Source of the DNA: Clostridia bacterium
Lineage (GTDB): Bacteria; Bacillota; Clostridia; Oscillospirales; CAG-272
DNA: 64,000 bases
Direction: 5' to 3'
Assembly (NCBI GenBank): GCA_017483305.1
Contig: JAFULC010000023.1
Coordinates: forward strand, 16,702 to 80,701
Position numbers and translations under genes: made by a program
Shown here: piece after piece, positions 26,013-37,800 of the stretch
How positions within the stretch are numbered: position 1 is the first letter of the stretch
Layout of the letters: every line of letters starts with the position of its first letter
The notes under the pieces: model-generated
What the model was told of the DNA's origin: nothing
The model's database searches: none
The model's input: the letters and a program-made list of their open reading frames with translations, nothing else

Positions 26013-26657
26013 TTATATGAATTTTTTGATATCTTCAACACTCTCGGCGATATAGGTCGCGCCTGCGGCTTCAAGCTCGGGGCGGTCTCCGTAGCCGAAA
26101 AGCACACCTATCGAGTCAAGTCCGTTCAATCCGGCGCCGTTTATATCATGCTCCCTGTCGCCTATCATAACCGCACGGGCGAGATCATCAAGCTTTACCG
26201 TTTCAAGCGCATATTCTATTACGGCGGCTTTTTTGTTTCTCGATTCGTCCATCGACGCGCCGCAGATATGATCAAAATACTCGGTCAGTCCGAAATGATC
26301 GAGTATCTGCTTTGCGAAAAGCTCGGGCTTGGAGGTAGCGAGAATTATTTTTTTGCCGCGAGACTTAAGTGTAGCAAGCAGCTCGGGGATCCCATCATAG
26401 AGCAGATTTTCAAAAATGCCCTTGTCTCTATAATACTCGCGGTAATATTCTACGCATCTAAGGCTTTCTTCCATTGAAAAGCCGAAAAACCTTGAAAAGC
26501 TTTCTGAAAGCGGAGGACCGATGAAGCAATAAAGCTCCTTTTTGTCCGTGACCTCGATTCCCTGCTTTCTAAGAGCATAGGCGACCGAATTGGTGATACC
26601 CTCGCCGGGGTCGGTCAATGTACCGTCAAGGTCGAAAAGCAAATAATCGTAACTCAT
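26013..26657 (-). CDS. HAD-superfamily hydrolase (phosphoglycolate phosphatase-like)
   Basis: YLLFDLDGTLTD is HAD motif I. ILATSK and GDREHDINGA are later motifs. Confidence 0.8.
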   Translation of the reverse strand: MSYDYLLFDLDGTLTDPGEGITNSVAYALRKQGIEVTDKKELYCFIGPPLSESFSRFFGFSMEESLRCVEYYREYYRDKGIFENLLYDGIPELLATLKSRGKKIILATSKPELFAKQILDHFGLTEYFDHICGASMDESRNKKAAVIEYALETVKLDDLARAVMIGDREHDINGAGLNGLDSIGVLFGYGDRPELEAAGATYIAESVEDIKKFI

Positions 26658-27370
26658 TATATCTTAGCCTTCTTGATCCTTCTCTTCATTTTGAGGATAT
26701 CGCGGATCATCTTGAAGGAGTCGCGAAGGACGTTGACCTTGCTCTCTCTGTGGTTGATGATCTTGACCGGCATTTCGACGATCTTCATGCCGAATTTTAC
26801 TGCCCAAAGGATGCACTCGAAGTCAAACGCGAAGCGATCCACCTCACAACGAGAGAAGATCTCCTTTGCCGCTTCGCCCGTGAATGCCTTACAGCCGCAC
26901 TGCGAGTCGGAAAGCTTGAAGCCGCCCACGATAGAAAGCACCTTGATATAAACCTTCGAGGCAAGCTTGCGGATGGCGGTATAGCCCTCGTAGCCGTCCT
27001 TGGAGAGATTACGCGAGCCGATGACCATGTGTGCGTCGGGGTTGGCAAGGAAGGTCTCATAAACGCGCTTTATGACGTCGGTGCCGTACGCGAGGTCGGC
27101 GTCGGTGAACATTATGATATCTCCCTCTGCGGCGAGCATTGCCGTTCTAACGGCGTAGCCCTTGCCTCTGTTCTGCTCATAGCCTACCACACGTACGCAG
27201 GGGAGGTTCATCTCCTCGACTGCCTTATCGCAGCCGTCCTTTGAGCCGTCGTTTGAGAAAATGATCTCATAATCCTCGAAGTTCGCAGACATATAGTCGG
27301 ACAGAGTTTGTGCGGTCTCCTTGATTATCGAGCTCTCGTTATACATAGGGATACAAAGCGAAAATTTCAT
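26657..27370 (-). CDS. Glycosyltransferase family 2
   Basis: SLCIPMYNES...IIFSNDGSKD...FTDADL are typical GT2 (GT-A) motifs. The stop overlaps the downstream HAD start by 1 nt. Confidence 0.8.
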   Translation of the reverse strand: MKFSLCIPMYNESSIIKETAQTLSDYMSANFEDYEIIFSNDGSKDGCDKAVEEMNLPCVRVVGYEQNRGKGYAVRTAMLAAEGDIIMFTDADLAYGTDVIKRVYETFLANPDAHMVIGSRNLSKDGYEGYTAIRKLASKVYIKVLSIVGGFKLSDSQCGCKAFTGEAAKEIFSRCEVDRFAFDFECILWAVKFGMKIVEMPVKIINHRESKVNVLRDSFKMIRDILKMKRRIKKAKI

Positions 27371-27397
27371 TTTTAATTACCTTTCAATACTTTGGTG

Positions 27398-28243
27398 TTA
27401 TTTCTTATATACGTTTATTTCAAATTCGATCTCGGTTTCGAGTGAGTCGAGACCTGCCAGCTTTTGCTTGTCCGCCTCGCTGGTGCGCCAATAATACGGT
27501 GTCATTGAAAAGAGTGCGGCGATATTCTCTTTTCCCGAAATGGTCATTGAATAGTGGGAGATCACGCGATCAACGTGCTCCATATTTTTCGGCAGGTCGG
27601 CGCGAGACCCGTTTTCGTATACGTCCTCATACATCACTCTCTTCAATCCCATAAGGTGATTTTTGCCCGCACCTACCACGAACAGATATCCGCCTTCCTT
27701 AAGGATGCGGTTATACTCCTCCTCGGCGCAGGGTGCGAAGATATTGGTGACTGCATCGGCGCAGTTATCCCTGATAGGCAGCTCGAACACACTCGCGGTA
27801 GCGAAAAGCAAGCTCTGCTTGCCGTCCCGTCTCGCTTGCTTCGATCCTGCTAAGCAGGCAAATTTCGAGAGATCGAAGCCGACGGTGCTCGCCGAGATGT
27901 CGGAGAGTATTGAGGTATAGTACCCTTCTCCGCAGCCCGCGTCGACGAGAAGCTTACAGTCGGGAACGTAGTGCTTCACCGTGTGATATATCGCCTCTGC
28001 GGCAAGCTTATAGTTGGGCGTGGAGCGCAGAAACGACCGTCTTGCCGCAACCGCCTCCTTGGAGTCGCCGCCCGTAGCGCCGAAGCTCAGGTATCCGTCT
28101 GCGGAAAAATCAAAGCTATGCCGTTTGTTTTTCGGATTATCTCCGCTACACTTCACGCTTTTGCCGTCCTCCGTCACCTCCATTGGACAGCGGCAGAGCG
28201 GACAGATGAAATACTCGCGGATCAATTTGTCGTGATTGTTCAA
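27398..28243 (-). CDS. RlmA-family rRNA (guanine-N1)-methyltransferase-like protein
   Basis: It has an N-terminal zinc ribbon (CPLCRCPM...KCSG) and the SAM motif LVDAGCGEGYY. Similarity to E. coli RlmA as I recall it continues through IFAPC...GGYLFVV...MTPYYWR. Confidence 0.7.
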   Translation of the reverse strand: MNNHDKLIREYFICPLCRCPMEVTEDGKSVKCSGDNPKNKRHSFDFSADGYLSFGATGGDSKEAVAARRSFLRSTPNYKLAAEAIYHTVKHYVPDCKLLVDAGCGEGYYTSILSDISASTVGFDLSKFACLAGSKQARRDGKQSLLFATASVFELPIRDNCADAVTNIFAPCAEEEYNRILKEGGYLFVVGAGKNHLMGLKRVMYEDVYENGSRADLPKNMEHVDRVISHYSMTISGKENIAALFSMTPYYWRTSEADKQKLAGLDSLETEIEFEINVYKK

Positions 28244-28396
28244 GGCATCTCCTTCAATGAGTAAAAATAGGGGTCGAGAGGTGAGCCGTCGCGAATTTTT
28301 ACATCGGCTCGGCTATCCTTTATATTGTAATACAAAAAGCCAAAAAAATCAATAGGTTTGGGGAAAATCGCGCTTGATTTTCCCCAATTTGTTATT

Positions 28397-29875
28397 TTAA
28401 GTCAATTTTTCCTCGAAATCACCGTCGTAAACGGCATCAAGCTCAAACCAGAAGGTCGAGCCCTGATCTATCACGCTTTCGACTCCGTAGGGGGCTCCGT
28501 GGGATGCAAGTATACCCTTGACTATCGAAAGTCCGAGTCCCGTGCCTACCACCGCGCGCTTATGCACCTTGTCGACCTTATAGTATCTGTCCCAGATATA
28601 CGGGATGTCCTCCGGGGCAATTCCAACTCCCGTATCGGTGACCGAGACTCTTACCTTGCCGTTTGACACGGTCTGTCTGATAAGCACCTTTTTGTCCTCT
28701 CCCGTATAGTTTAGCGCGTTGTTTACGAGATTATACACGACCTGAAGTATCATCGTTCTGTCGGCGTTTACCGAGACGTTCTCGGTCTTCTCAAAGATTA
28801 TCGAATACTCCTGCTGCTCGGTGAACTTTTCGTAGCGGAGCATTACCGCGCTTATCGCTTCGGTCAGGTCGAATACCTCGGGCTCGGGCTTTCTCGTGCC
28901 TGCTCGGATCTTTGAGAGGTCGAGCATATCGTTTACAAGCTCGGTCAGTCTCTCAGTCTCGTCGATTATGACCTGCATATTTTCGGGTGTGCTCTCTCCC
29001 GGAATGTCGCGCATGACCTCGCCATAGCCCTTGATCATCGTCAGTGGGGTGCGCAGGTCGTGGGATATATTGGCTACGAGCTCCTTTTGGAGATTATCGG
29101 TCTTGGCAAGCTCACTTGCAGCATAGTTAAGCGCCTCGGCAAGCTCCTCCGCTTCCCTGTATCCTCCGCCAAAGAAGTTGGCATCGTATTCGCCCTTTGC
29201 AAGCCGTCTTGCCGAGCGGCTCATTCTTTCCATTGGCAGACAGATAAGTCGTGAGAGCAACAGCGCCATAACGAGCGCGCCCATTATCAGTATGCACATG
29301 ATCCAGCCGAACTGATGCTCGAGCGTGGTTACTGTGGCACTGAGAGGAAGCAGCGCCGATTCCTGCAATATGACGTATTCGTTTCCGTCCGCTCCCTTGC
29401 TTGCCGCTACGTGTATCGTTACGATGACGGTCGAGTCACCGATCGAGTTCGACATTCTGCGGGTATAGCTGCCGCCCTTCTCAATAACACTTTCGCAGAG
29501 GCGGTTGAGCTCCATACCGTCCGCACGGTGTATGAAGCAGTTCATGTTTGTGTCGTAGTCGGCAATTTCGATGGGTGCTCCGTCGGATATCCTGAACACC
29601 CTGATGCACGAGTCGGTCTTTACCGAGCGCATATATACTGTGGGGCGCAATTGCTCTTCGCTGTCGACGACGGCAAATATTTGCTCGTCGGTCTGGTGAA
29701 ATTCGTCGAGCTTTGAGCTCTCGTAAAAACGGTTGAGCAGGGCGACCTGGAAGGTCCAGATGACTATCAGGGTCAGTACCACGAACAAGGTAAGCATACC
29801 GAAAAGTCTCCACGAAATACCTGACACGCGGCGACGTTTTTTATTTATGGGGGCGTTTGTTCTGTCATTATTCAT
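28397..29875 (-). CDS. Sensor histidine kinase
   Basis: It has two TM segments flanking an extracytoplasmic loop, a HAMP-like linker, the H-box ISHDLRTPL, and HATPase motifs (NALNYT, DTGVGI, GTGLGLSIV). Confidence 0.9.
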   Translation of the reverse strand: MNNDRTNAPINKKRRRVSGISWRLFGMLTLFVVLTLIVIWTFQVALLNRFYESSKLDEFHQTDEQIFAVVDSEEQLRPTVYMRSVKTDSCIRVFRISDGAPIEIADYDTNMNCFIHRADGMELNRLCESVIEKGGSYTRRMSNSIGDSTVIVTIHVAASKGADGNEYVILQESALLPLSATVTTLEHQFGWIMCILIMGALVMALLLSRLICLPMERMSRSARRLAKGEYDANFFGGGYREAEELAEALNYAASELAKTDNLQKELVANISHDLRTPLTMIKGYGEVMRDIPGESTPENMQVIIDETERLTELVNDMLDLSKIRAGTRKPEPEVFDLTEAISAVMLRYEKFTEQQEYSIIFEKTENVSVNADRTMILQVVYNLVNNALNYTGEDKKVLIRQTVSNGKVRVSVTDTGVGIAPEDIPYIWDRYYKVDKVHKRAVVGTGLGLSIVKGILASHGAPYGVESVIDQGSTFWFELDAVYDGDFEEKLT

Positions 29876-29900
29876 ATCGGTATTCCCCGTTAATTACTTG

Positions 29901-30602
29901 TTATATCTCGCCCTCGAAGCGATAGCCCACTCCACGAAGCGTTACGATATATTTGCTGTATTCACCAAGGCTTTTGCGCAAAAGCTTGATGTGTGTGTCG
30001 AGGGTTCTTGCATCTCCGTAGAAGTCGTAGCCCCAGACCTCGCTTATAAGCTTTTCGCGTGAAAGCGCGATATTGCGGTTATCGAGCATATAGAAGAAGA
30101 GGTCGTACTCCTTGGGGGACATATCGACCCTCTTGCCGTCTATGTAGACGAGTCTTGCGGTGAGGTCTGCCTTGAGTCCTCCGTTGTCAAGCTCAACTAT
30201 TACGTTGGGCTTCTTGACCGTATCGTCGGCACGGTCGTGTCTTGACATACGCTTCATTATCGCCTCGATCCTGAGCATAAGCTCCTTGGGTGAGAAGGGC
30301 TTGACGACGTAATCGTCGATTCCGAGCTCGAATCCGTTTATTTTATCGTATTCCTCGCCGCGCGCGGAGAGCATAATGATCGGCGTACTTGTGACCTTGC
30401 GGATCTCTCGGCAAGCCGAAAATCCGTCGAGCTCGGGCATCATAATATCCATTATGATGATATCGAACTTGTCCTTGCGGCAGAGTCTGACCGCCTCCAT
30501 TCCGTCGCCTGCCTCGATGACGGTATGTCCTTCAAATTCGGCGTATTTTTTGATTATAGAACGTATTCTTGCTTCGTCGTCTACTACTAAAATATTGTAC
30601 AT
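29901..30602 (-). CDS. OmpR/PhoB-family response regulator
   Basis: The receiver domain shows ILVVDDE...IIMDIMMPELDG. The winged-helix output domain shows LTxKEYDLFFYM...TLRGVGYRF. Confidence 0.92.
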   Translation of the reverse strand: MYNILVVDDEARIRSIIKKYAEFEGHTVIEAGDGMEAVRLCRKDKFDIIIMDIMMPELDGFSACREIRKVTSTPIIMLSARGEEYDKINGFELGIDDYVVKPFSPKELMLRIEAIMKRMSRHDRADDTVKKPNVIVELDNGGLKADLTARLVYIDGKRVDMSPKEYDLFFYMLDNRNIALSREKLISEVWGYDFYGDARTLDTHIKLLRKSLGEYSKYIVTLRGVGYRFEGEI

Positions 30603-30825
30603 TTTATCTCCGTTCCGTCTCTGCCCACCGTGGCCCGAGACTGTTTTATTTAAGTTGGATTTGCATTTTTTTACATTTCTGTTATTATTATAATCAAAAT
30701 TTGTGACAGTTTAATGAAGAATCGAGAAAAAGTCATTGAAAAAAGCAAATTTATTCTTGTTTTTCGGCTATATATATGATAAAATTAATATATATTATAA
30801 ATCTTTAGGGTCGGGGACGGATTTT

Positions 30826-31656
30826 ATGACTGAATTTATCGAAAAAACGCTTAAAGGCGCGGGGATTGAGCTTTTTGCCCCAATATCGCTTGAAAAATGC
30901 ATTCTTACAAGGAAATATAAGCTCGAGCGCTGCGGCTTTTCTGATATTTCTTCATTGAGCGCGATAATGATAGCCGTACCCTACCTTGTCAAGCACGAAA
31001 GGCGCAACATTTCGGCTTACGCCGTCCCTAAGGATTATCACGGATTTTTCAAGGAGCTTTTCGGCAGGGTGATTCCCGTGCTTGAACGTGAATATTCCGA
31101 TCACAGATTCGTGGGGTTTGCCGACGATTCGCCGATCGACGAGCGCTCTGCCGCCGCTATGGCGGGGCTTGGAATCGTTGGAGACAACGGGATGCTGATA
31201 ACCGAAAAATACTCGTCGTACGTGTTTTTGGGCGAGATAATCACCGATCTGCCGATTGAATCGGTCGCAGGAGAGATAAGGCGATGCGAGGGATGTGGCA
31301 AATGCAAGCTCGCCTGTCCGACGGAAAAGATCGGTCAATGTCTTTCTGCGCTGACACAAAAAAAGGGTGCTTTATCGCCCGAGGAGCAACAGATCATTCT
31401 CTCACACGGCTACGCGTGGGGGTGTGACATTTGCCAGGAGGTCTGTCCGCACACAAAAAGGGCGATCGCCGACGGAACAATTTATACGAATATTGAATAC
31501 TTCAAAAATGACAATCTTCCCCTTCTTACACTCGCAGACATTGACTCGATGACTGACCTTGAATTTGCATCACGCGCTTACTCCTGGCGAGGCAGGGAGA
31601 CTGTCAAAAGAAATCTTGAGCTTTTTGAATCGAAGGACTCACAAAACCAAACTTAA
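30826..31656 (+). CDS. QueG-like epoxyqueuosine reductase family 4Fe-4S protein
   Basis: The start was chosen at 30826 (MTEFIEKTLKGAGIELF...). The two cluster motifs are CEGCGKCKLACP and CDICQEVCP. The assignment is from memory of QueG-like layouts and is moderate only. Confidence 0.5.
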   Translation: MTEFIEKTLKGAGIELFAPISLEKCILTRKYKLERCGFSDISSLSAIMIAVPYLVKHERRNISAYAVPKDYHGFFKELFGRVIPVLEREYSDHRFVGFADDSPIDERSAAAMAGLGIVGDNGMLITEKYSSYVFLGEIITDLPIESVAGEIRRCEGCGKCKLACPTEKIGQCLSALTQKKGALSPEEQQIILSHGYAWGCDICQEVCPHTKRAIADGTIYTNIEYFKNDNLPLLTLADIDSMTDLEFASRAYSWRGRETVKRNLELFESKDSQNQT

Positions 31657-31667
31657 GGAAAAAAATT

Positions 31668-34600
31668 ATGCTGACATTTCTTTTTGGAAGATCCGGAAGC
31701 GGAAAAACTTCTTACATAATCGATAAAATAAAGGAGTCGGTGGCATCGGGCAAGCAGACCTATCTGCTCGTTCCCGAGCAGCAGGCTTTTATCAGTGAAT
31801 CTATGCTTGCAGATCTGCCTGCATCGTCCGCTCTCTGCTTTGAGGTGGTATCCTTTTCGCGCCTTTGTGAAAAGGTGTTTGGCGAGGTCGGAGGTCTTGT
31901 CGACACTCGAATGGGCAGTGATCTGAGCAGTCTTATAATGTGGCAGACTCTGCGCGAGGTCGCTCCTCTTTTAGAGGAATACAAAAAGGTCAAGACCGAC
32001 CGCGCCTTCGGCGATATGATGCTCTCACTTATAGACGAGCTTCACGCCAATTCGGTGAGCGCCGAGGATTGTCAAAGGCTCTCCGAGCAGTGCGAGGACC
32101 CCGCGCTCTCGCGAAAGCTTTCTGATATTTCGCTTATTTACGCTAACCGCGACAGGATCCTCGAGGAGCTGCTCGGCGAATCGGCTATTGCGGCTGAAAA
32201 CAAGCTTTCCCTGCTTCTGACTGCTCTGCGCTCTCATAAATTCTTTAACGGATGCAGGGTTTTCGTCGATTCCTTTACAAGCTTTACGGGCGAGGAGCAC
32301 AGCATACTGGAGGAGATCGCAAGACAGGCGGATGAGCTCTGCATATCCTTCTGCTACAAGGGCAGAGGCTCTGAATCTCCGCACACCGAAAGCATCCGTG
32401 AAACCGTAAAAAGATTTACGCGATTTGCGCGTGAAAACGGTGTGGATACAAGAGACGTAGTGCTTCAGACAAACACTCGCACGACAAGTCCCGTTCTCTC
32501 GGAGCTCGAGCGGCTTTTGTGGGATTTCTCGGTCACAAAAAAATCTCTTCCCTGCGTTAACGCCGAGCAGCTTGAGGTCATACCGATGGCAATATGTAAA
32601 AACGAATATGAGGAGACCTTCTTTGCCGCTCTGCAGATCCTGAAGGCTCGCTCGGAGGGCGTTAAATTCTCGGAGATAGCGCTCATTATGCGAGACTGTG
32701 ACAACCGAAAGGGTCTCATCGACGCGGTCTTTGAGCGCTTGAATATTCCTTATTTCTACTCCAAAAAGACCGATCTTTCAAGCACGCCCGTAGCAAGACT
32801 TATTCTTTCTGCTCTGCGGTGTATCACGTATAATTTCAGAACGGCAGACGTACTGACTCTGCTTAAGACCGGTCTTTGCGGAATTGAGGCACACGACGCC
32901 GACCTTTTCGAGGATTATTGCTACACCTGGTCGATCAGCGGAAGCAAATTTCTTGACGACGTATGGAGCATGAATCCCAACGGTTACACCGTGCAGACAA
33001 CCGCGCGAGGCGACGAGATCCTGCTTGCCGCAAACAAGGTGCGTTCTTCTCTTATTCCTCCTCTGGTCACGCTCCGCAAGGCTTTCTCACACGCTGACGG
33101 CAACACTCTTAAAAACTGCCGCGCGCTTTACGAATATCTTTGCGATCTTCACGTATCCGAGTCGCTTTGCTCGCTTGCCGAGCTTGAGCTTGCCTCGGGA
33201 AATATAAGAGGCGCGAGCGAGGCTCTGCGCATATACGATCATATCGTATCGGTGCTGACAAGCATTGGCACCGTGCTCCAAAACGCTCCCACAAATGCCG
33301 AGGAGCTTACCTCCGCTATTGAAATTATGCTCAGTCACACGGATATGGGCTCGGTGCCCGCCGTTGGCGACTACGTTACCGTCGGCTCGGCGGCAACTCT
33401 CCGAGTTGAAAACATCAAGGTTGCGATACTGCTCGGTCTTTGCGACGGAGAGTTTCCAAAGGCTTATGCAGACGCGGGACTCCTCAGCGAGACCGACAAG
33501 AGCGCGATGGAGAAGCTTGGAGTTTCCCTTGCCTCACGCGAAAACACGGTCACGTCGGACGAGCTCTTTTACGTCTACCGCGCCATGACCAAGCCCTCGG
33601 ATAAGCTCGTGCTCTGCACCTGCTCCTCGAGCATCGGCGGTCGCGCGCTCACGCCCTCAACGGCGTGGAACCGAGTCAGATTTATCTTCCCCAACATAAA
33701 GCCGATCGAATTCGATCTTGCTGGGGTCGCTCGTCTTGCAGAATCTTTGTCAGGGGACAAGAGCAACGACGGCGGAAAGGTTTCCGACGGCGAGGATGCG
33801 GTATCGATCGATCCTATCTACGTTCGCATGCTGTTCGGAGACAAGCTGCATCTTTCAAAGTCGCAGATCTCGACCTTTGCCGAGTGCCCCTACAGATATT
33901 GGTGCGAATTCGTGCTCGGACTTCGTGAGCAAAAGGTTTCCTCCGTCAGCTATGCCGATTCGGGTACTATAATCCACTACGTTCTTGAAAAATTCCTTAA
34001 AAAAGTCCGTCTTCCCGACGGCTCGGTAGAGCGCCCCTGTGACGATGAGATAATCAAGGAGGTCGACTCGATCATATCCGAATATATCTACGGTATAAGC
34101 TGTCCTCTGCCCTCCTCGATGGTATACAGCTTCTCGAGGCTTCGCGATCTTTCGCTCGTGATGGTGCGCAGCGTTCTTGATGAATTCCAGCGCTCAAGCT
34201 TCAAGATAGTCGCTTTTGAAAAGCGGATCTCCGATCGCCGAGAGGGTGCTCTCAAGCCGATGGAGATAAGGATAGGTGACGAGGACGGCGCACCTATTGT
34301 CAGTCTTGGCGGCGTTATCGACAGGATCGACCTTTACGACGACGGAGAGAACAAGCATCTGCGCATAGTTGATTACAAGACCGGATCGCACAAATACGAC
34401 GTTTCCAAGGTATCGACGGGCGAGGATCTTCAGCTCCCCGCGTATCTCTTCACTGCCGCACAGAAGGAAAACAGCGAGTTCTTCGGTGGTAAGACAGAGA
34501 TCCATCCCGTATCGGCGCTTTTCCTTTCGGCAGAAGAGGAAAAGGGTGAGATAAATCCCGTGAGAAGCGGATTTATTCTCGGTGACAGGGACATTTTGTC

Positions 34601-34850
34601 AGCGGCAAGCGCCGATATGGACAAAAAGATACTTGCAGGTATTACGGTCAAAAAGGACGGAGAGATCAGCGGCAAGGCCGCAGTCAGCGACGAGCAGATA
34701 AAGGGTATTAACGATTCCCTGCACGCCTCAATAGTCGGCACGGCAAGATCGATGTATTCCGGCAAGGCGCCTCGCACTCCGTCAAAGGATGCCTGCGCAT
34801 TCTGCTCTATTCGCTCCTCCTGTCCGTCTGCATACAAGGAAAAGCATTAA
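31668..34850 (+). CDS. addB: Helicase-exonuclease AddAB subunit AddB
   Basis: 1060 aa. The N-terminal P-loop is GRSGSGKTS. The C-terminal RecB-type nuclease carries Fe-S cysteines (ECPYRYWCEF ... CAFCSIRSSC). It lies immediately upstream of addA. Confidence 0.9.
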   Translation: MLTFLFGRSGSGKTSYIIDKIKESVASGKQTYLLVPEQQAFISESMLADLPASSALCFEVVSFSRLCEKVFGEVGGLVDTRMGSDLSSLIMWQTLREVAPLLEEYKKVKTDRAFGDMMLSLIDELHANSVSAEDCQRLSEQCEDPALSRKLSDISLIYANRDRILEELLGESAIAAENKLSLLLTALRSHKFFNGCRVFVDSFTSFTGEEHSILEEIARQADELCISFCYKGRGSESPHTESIRETVKRFTRFARENGVDTRDVVLQTNTRTTSPVLSELERLLWDFSVTKKSLPCVNAEQLEVIPMAICKNEYEETFFAALQILKARSEGVKFSEIALIMRDCDNRKGLIDAVFERLNIPYFYSKKTDLSSTPVARLILSALRCITYNFRTADVLTLLKTGLCGIEAHDADLFEDYCYTWSISGSKFLDDVWSMNPNGYTVQTTARGDEILLAANKVRSSLIPPLVTLRKAFSHADGNTLKNCRALYEYLCDLHVSESLCSLAELELASGNIRGASEALRIYDHIVSVLTSIGTVLQNAPTNAEELTSAIEIMLSHTDMGSVPAVGDYVTVGSAATLRVENIKVAILLGLCDGEFPKAYADAGLLSETDKSAMEKLGVSLASRENTVTSDELFYVYRAMTKPSDKLVLCTCSSSIGGRALTPSTAWNRVRFIFPNIKPIEFDLAGVARLAESLSGDKSNDGGKVSDGEDAVSIDPIYVRMLFGDKLHLSKSQISTFAECPYRYWCEFVLGLREQKVSSVSYADSGTIIHYVLEKFLKKVRLPDGSVERPCDDEIIKEVDSIISEYIYGISCPLPSSMVYSFSRLRDLSLVMVRSVLDEFQRSSFKIVAFEKRISDRREGALKPMEIRIGDEDGAPIVSLGGVIDRIDLYDDGENKHLRIVDYKTGSHKYDVSKVSTGEDLQLPAYLFTAAQKENSEFFGGKTEIHPVSALFLSAEEEKGEINPVRSGFILGDRDILSAASADMDKKILAGITVKKDGEISGKAAVSDEQIKGINDSLHASIVGTARSMYSGKAPRTPSKDACAFCSIRSSCPSAYKEKH

Positions 34851-34879
34851 TATCGCCATACGGCGAAATGGAGATCTTT

Positions 34880-37800
34880 ATGAATTTCACAAAAGCACAG
34901 CAAGCGGCTATCGACGCTCGCGGACGCACTCTGCTTGTCAGCGCCGCCGCGGGCTCGGGTAAGACGTTTACGCTTACACAGAGAATAATTAAGAGAATAA
35001 TTGAGGAAAGGGTCGATATTTCGAGTCTTCTTATCGTCACGTTTACACGCGCCGCCGCGGGCGAGCTGAGAGCGAAGATCGCAAAGGCTCTTGCCGAGGC
35101 TATCGCCGAGCATCCCGACGACCAGCATCTGCAAAAGCAGATGATCAAGCTTGGCGGCGCGCACATAAGCACGATCGACTCGTTTTTCTCCGACCCCGTA
35201 CGAGCGAATTTTGAAAAGCTCGGGCTACCTGCCTCGATGAGACTTTCCGACACGGCGGAGCTTGCTCCGCTGCAAGAGGAGATCATGAAGGAGGTTCTGG
35301 AGGGCTTTTTCGACCGTTGCGAAGATTTTTCGGGCGGTCCGTTGTCCTCCGTGGGCTACCGAAGCTTATTTTCAGACCTTGTCGGTGTGATCGCAGTCGC
35401 ACGAGACAGCTCGTCACTGATTCCCACCCTTCTCAAGATATATGACAAGCTGATCACTGCGCCCGAGGGCATCGGTCAGCTTAAAAAGCACGCCGAGAGA
35501 TTAGAAGCCTCTGCATTACTCGACTTCTTTGACACCGATGAGGGAAGAATAATCCGAGGTGAGCTTTGCTCTCTGCTCCGATACACCGCATCGACCTTTG
35601 AAAAATGCTGCACCGAGATGGCGTTGGAGGGTGAATGGAAGGAAAAATATATTCCCTGCTTTGATGCTAACGCCGAGCTTTGCCGTTCGCTTCTGAGCAT
35701 CACAGAAAGTGAAAATTACGAGGCGGTGCGCGCGGCATTTGGATCTTACGCGCCCGAGCGGATACCCTCGCTTAAGGGAGATGAAAAGACGGAAGTCAGC
35801 GAATACTACAAGGATCTTCGCGGCAAAAAGCTTAATCCCGCAGTCAAAGGTGCGGCTAAGGAGCTTCTGTATGCCGACACTGACGAAATATCGGCGTGGT
35901 ATAAGCAGTGCGCAAGGCTTTCATTGCTTATTTTCGACATTCTCAGCGAATACGAACGCAAATATTCTGATGAGAAGAAGGCACGCGGTCTTTGCGAATT
36001 CTCCGACATGCCCAAATTTATGCTCCAGCTACTTCAGACCGAGGACGGCTCGCCATCCGAATACGCGAGATCGATATCCACCGATTTCAAAGAGGTTTAC
36101 ATTGACGAGTACCAGGACGTAAACGAGATCCAGGACAGGATATTCGAGATGATCGGCGGCGATCACCGCTTTATGGTCGGTGATATCAAGCAAAGCATTT
36201 ACGGCTTCCGCGAGGCAGAGCCTTCTATATTCGCTGACTACCGAAGGAATTTTGATCCTTACGACGAAAATACGCCTGTTTCCAAAGGCGGAAACACGAT
36301 ATTCATGTCGGATAATTTCAGATGCGATGAAAACGTGATCCGCTTTACAAATCTCGTTTGCTCAATGATATTCACCGCGTTTGCCGAGAGCATCGGCTAC
36401 ACCAGGGAGGACGATCTCATCTTCTCAAAGGAAAAGCCGTCTGAAACGTATCAAAGTCCCAAGGTAACCGTAAATCTCATTCAGCCCGTTGAAAGCGAGG
36501 ATGGGGACGAGGGTGAAGAAGCCGCCGCTCCGACAAGTAATCTTCACGATGAGGCGATCGTTACTGCAAACGAGATAGCAAGGCTTATCAGGGAGGGTGT
36601 GAAGGCTGACGGAACACCTATACGCGCTTCGGATATTACCGTACTCGTTCGCAGTCACTCTCACGCGAAGCCTCTTATAGCAAGCCTTAAAAAGCTGAAT
36701 ATTAATATTTCAAGCTCGTCCAAAAGCGCTCTTTTCGAGGGCGAGGAGATGTCCTTGCTTGTCGATCTGCTTTCGGTCATAGACAATCCGAGGCGCGACG
36801 TGCCCTTGTGTCACGTACTGACGGAGAATTTCGGCACTATGGGTGCATTCTTCTCTCTTGAAGAGACTGTGATTATCCGCCGTCACGCGCCCGAGTCGAA
36901 GTCCTTGTTTGACGCACTGCTCGACTACGTCGGAGACGATGTTGACGCGACTGTTGCAGAAAAATGCCGCGCGTTTGCCTTCGACCTGCAAAGGCTGCGA
37001 GAAATAGCATCCAAGCTTTCCGCAGACAAGCTGTTGCGCGTGATCGGCAATCACGAAAGGTACAGTGCGGCATGTCGGGGTGAGGCTTACACCTATCTTT
37101 ACGACTGCGCGTGCAAGTACGTTAAGATCTCCTGGAACGGTCTTTACGCCTTTCTTACATACTTTAAAAAGCTTATTGAAAAAGGAGAATCGGGAGCAGA
37201 GCCCTCGAAGTCCGATCCCAACAGCATCACGATCATGACGATACATCAGTCCAAGGGTCTGGAGTTCAACACCTGCTTTTTGTTCGGACTTGCAAAGCAG
37301 TTTAACAGTGAGGACTCGAAGTCACCGCTTCTCTTTACCAAGGAGCTTGGCATCTCGCCGAAGCTTCCGCCCAAGGAGGACGAGGACACAGACAGGCTCG
37401 AATCGATACGCGTGCGCTACAGGAACAATCTGCTGTTCCAATCCGCAAACAAGCTAAGCCGTCGCAAGCAGCTTGAGGAGGAGGCGAGAATCCTTTACGT
37501 AGCTCTCACGAGAGCGAGAGAGCGTCTCTATCTCAGCGCGACACTCAACAAGCCCGAGGTCGAATATTTTGCCGATATAAGCGGTCACGCAGACAAGGCA
37601 TACGGTATTATGACCTCGAAGAACTACATCCGTCAGATTTTGCTTGCTTTGTCCGAGTATTCCGACTCCGACAAGGACGGAGTTGTTGAGTTCAGGACAT
37701 TTGATAAGGGCAACAACGTCCTTGTGAATTCGTTTGAGGGGTCTGTCTCGCGCTCTGACACCGCGGTAGCAGACGAGCTCTCCTATGAGCTTGCCGCTCT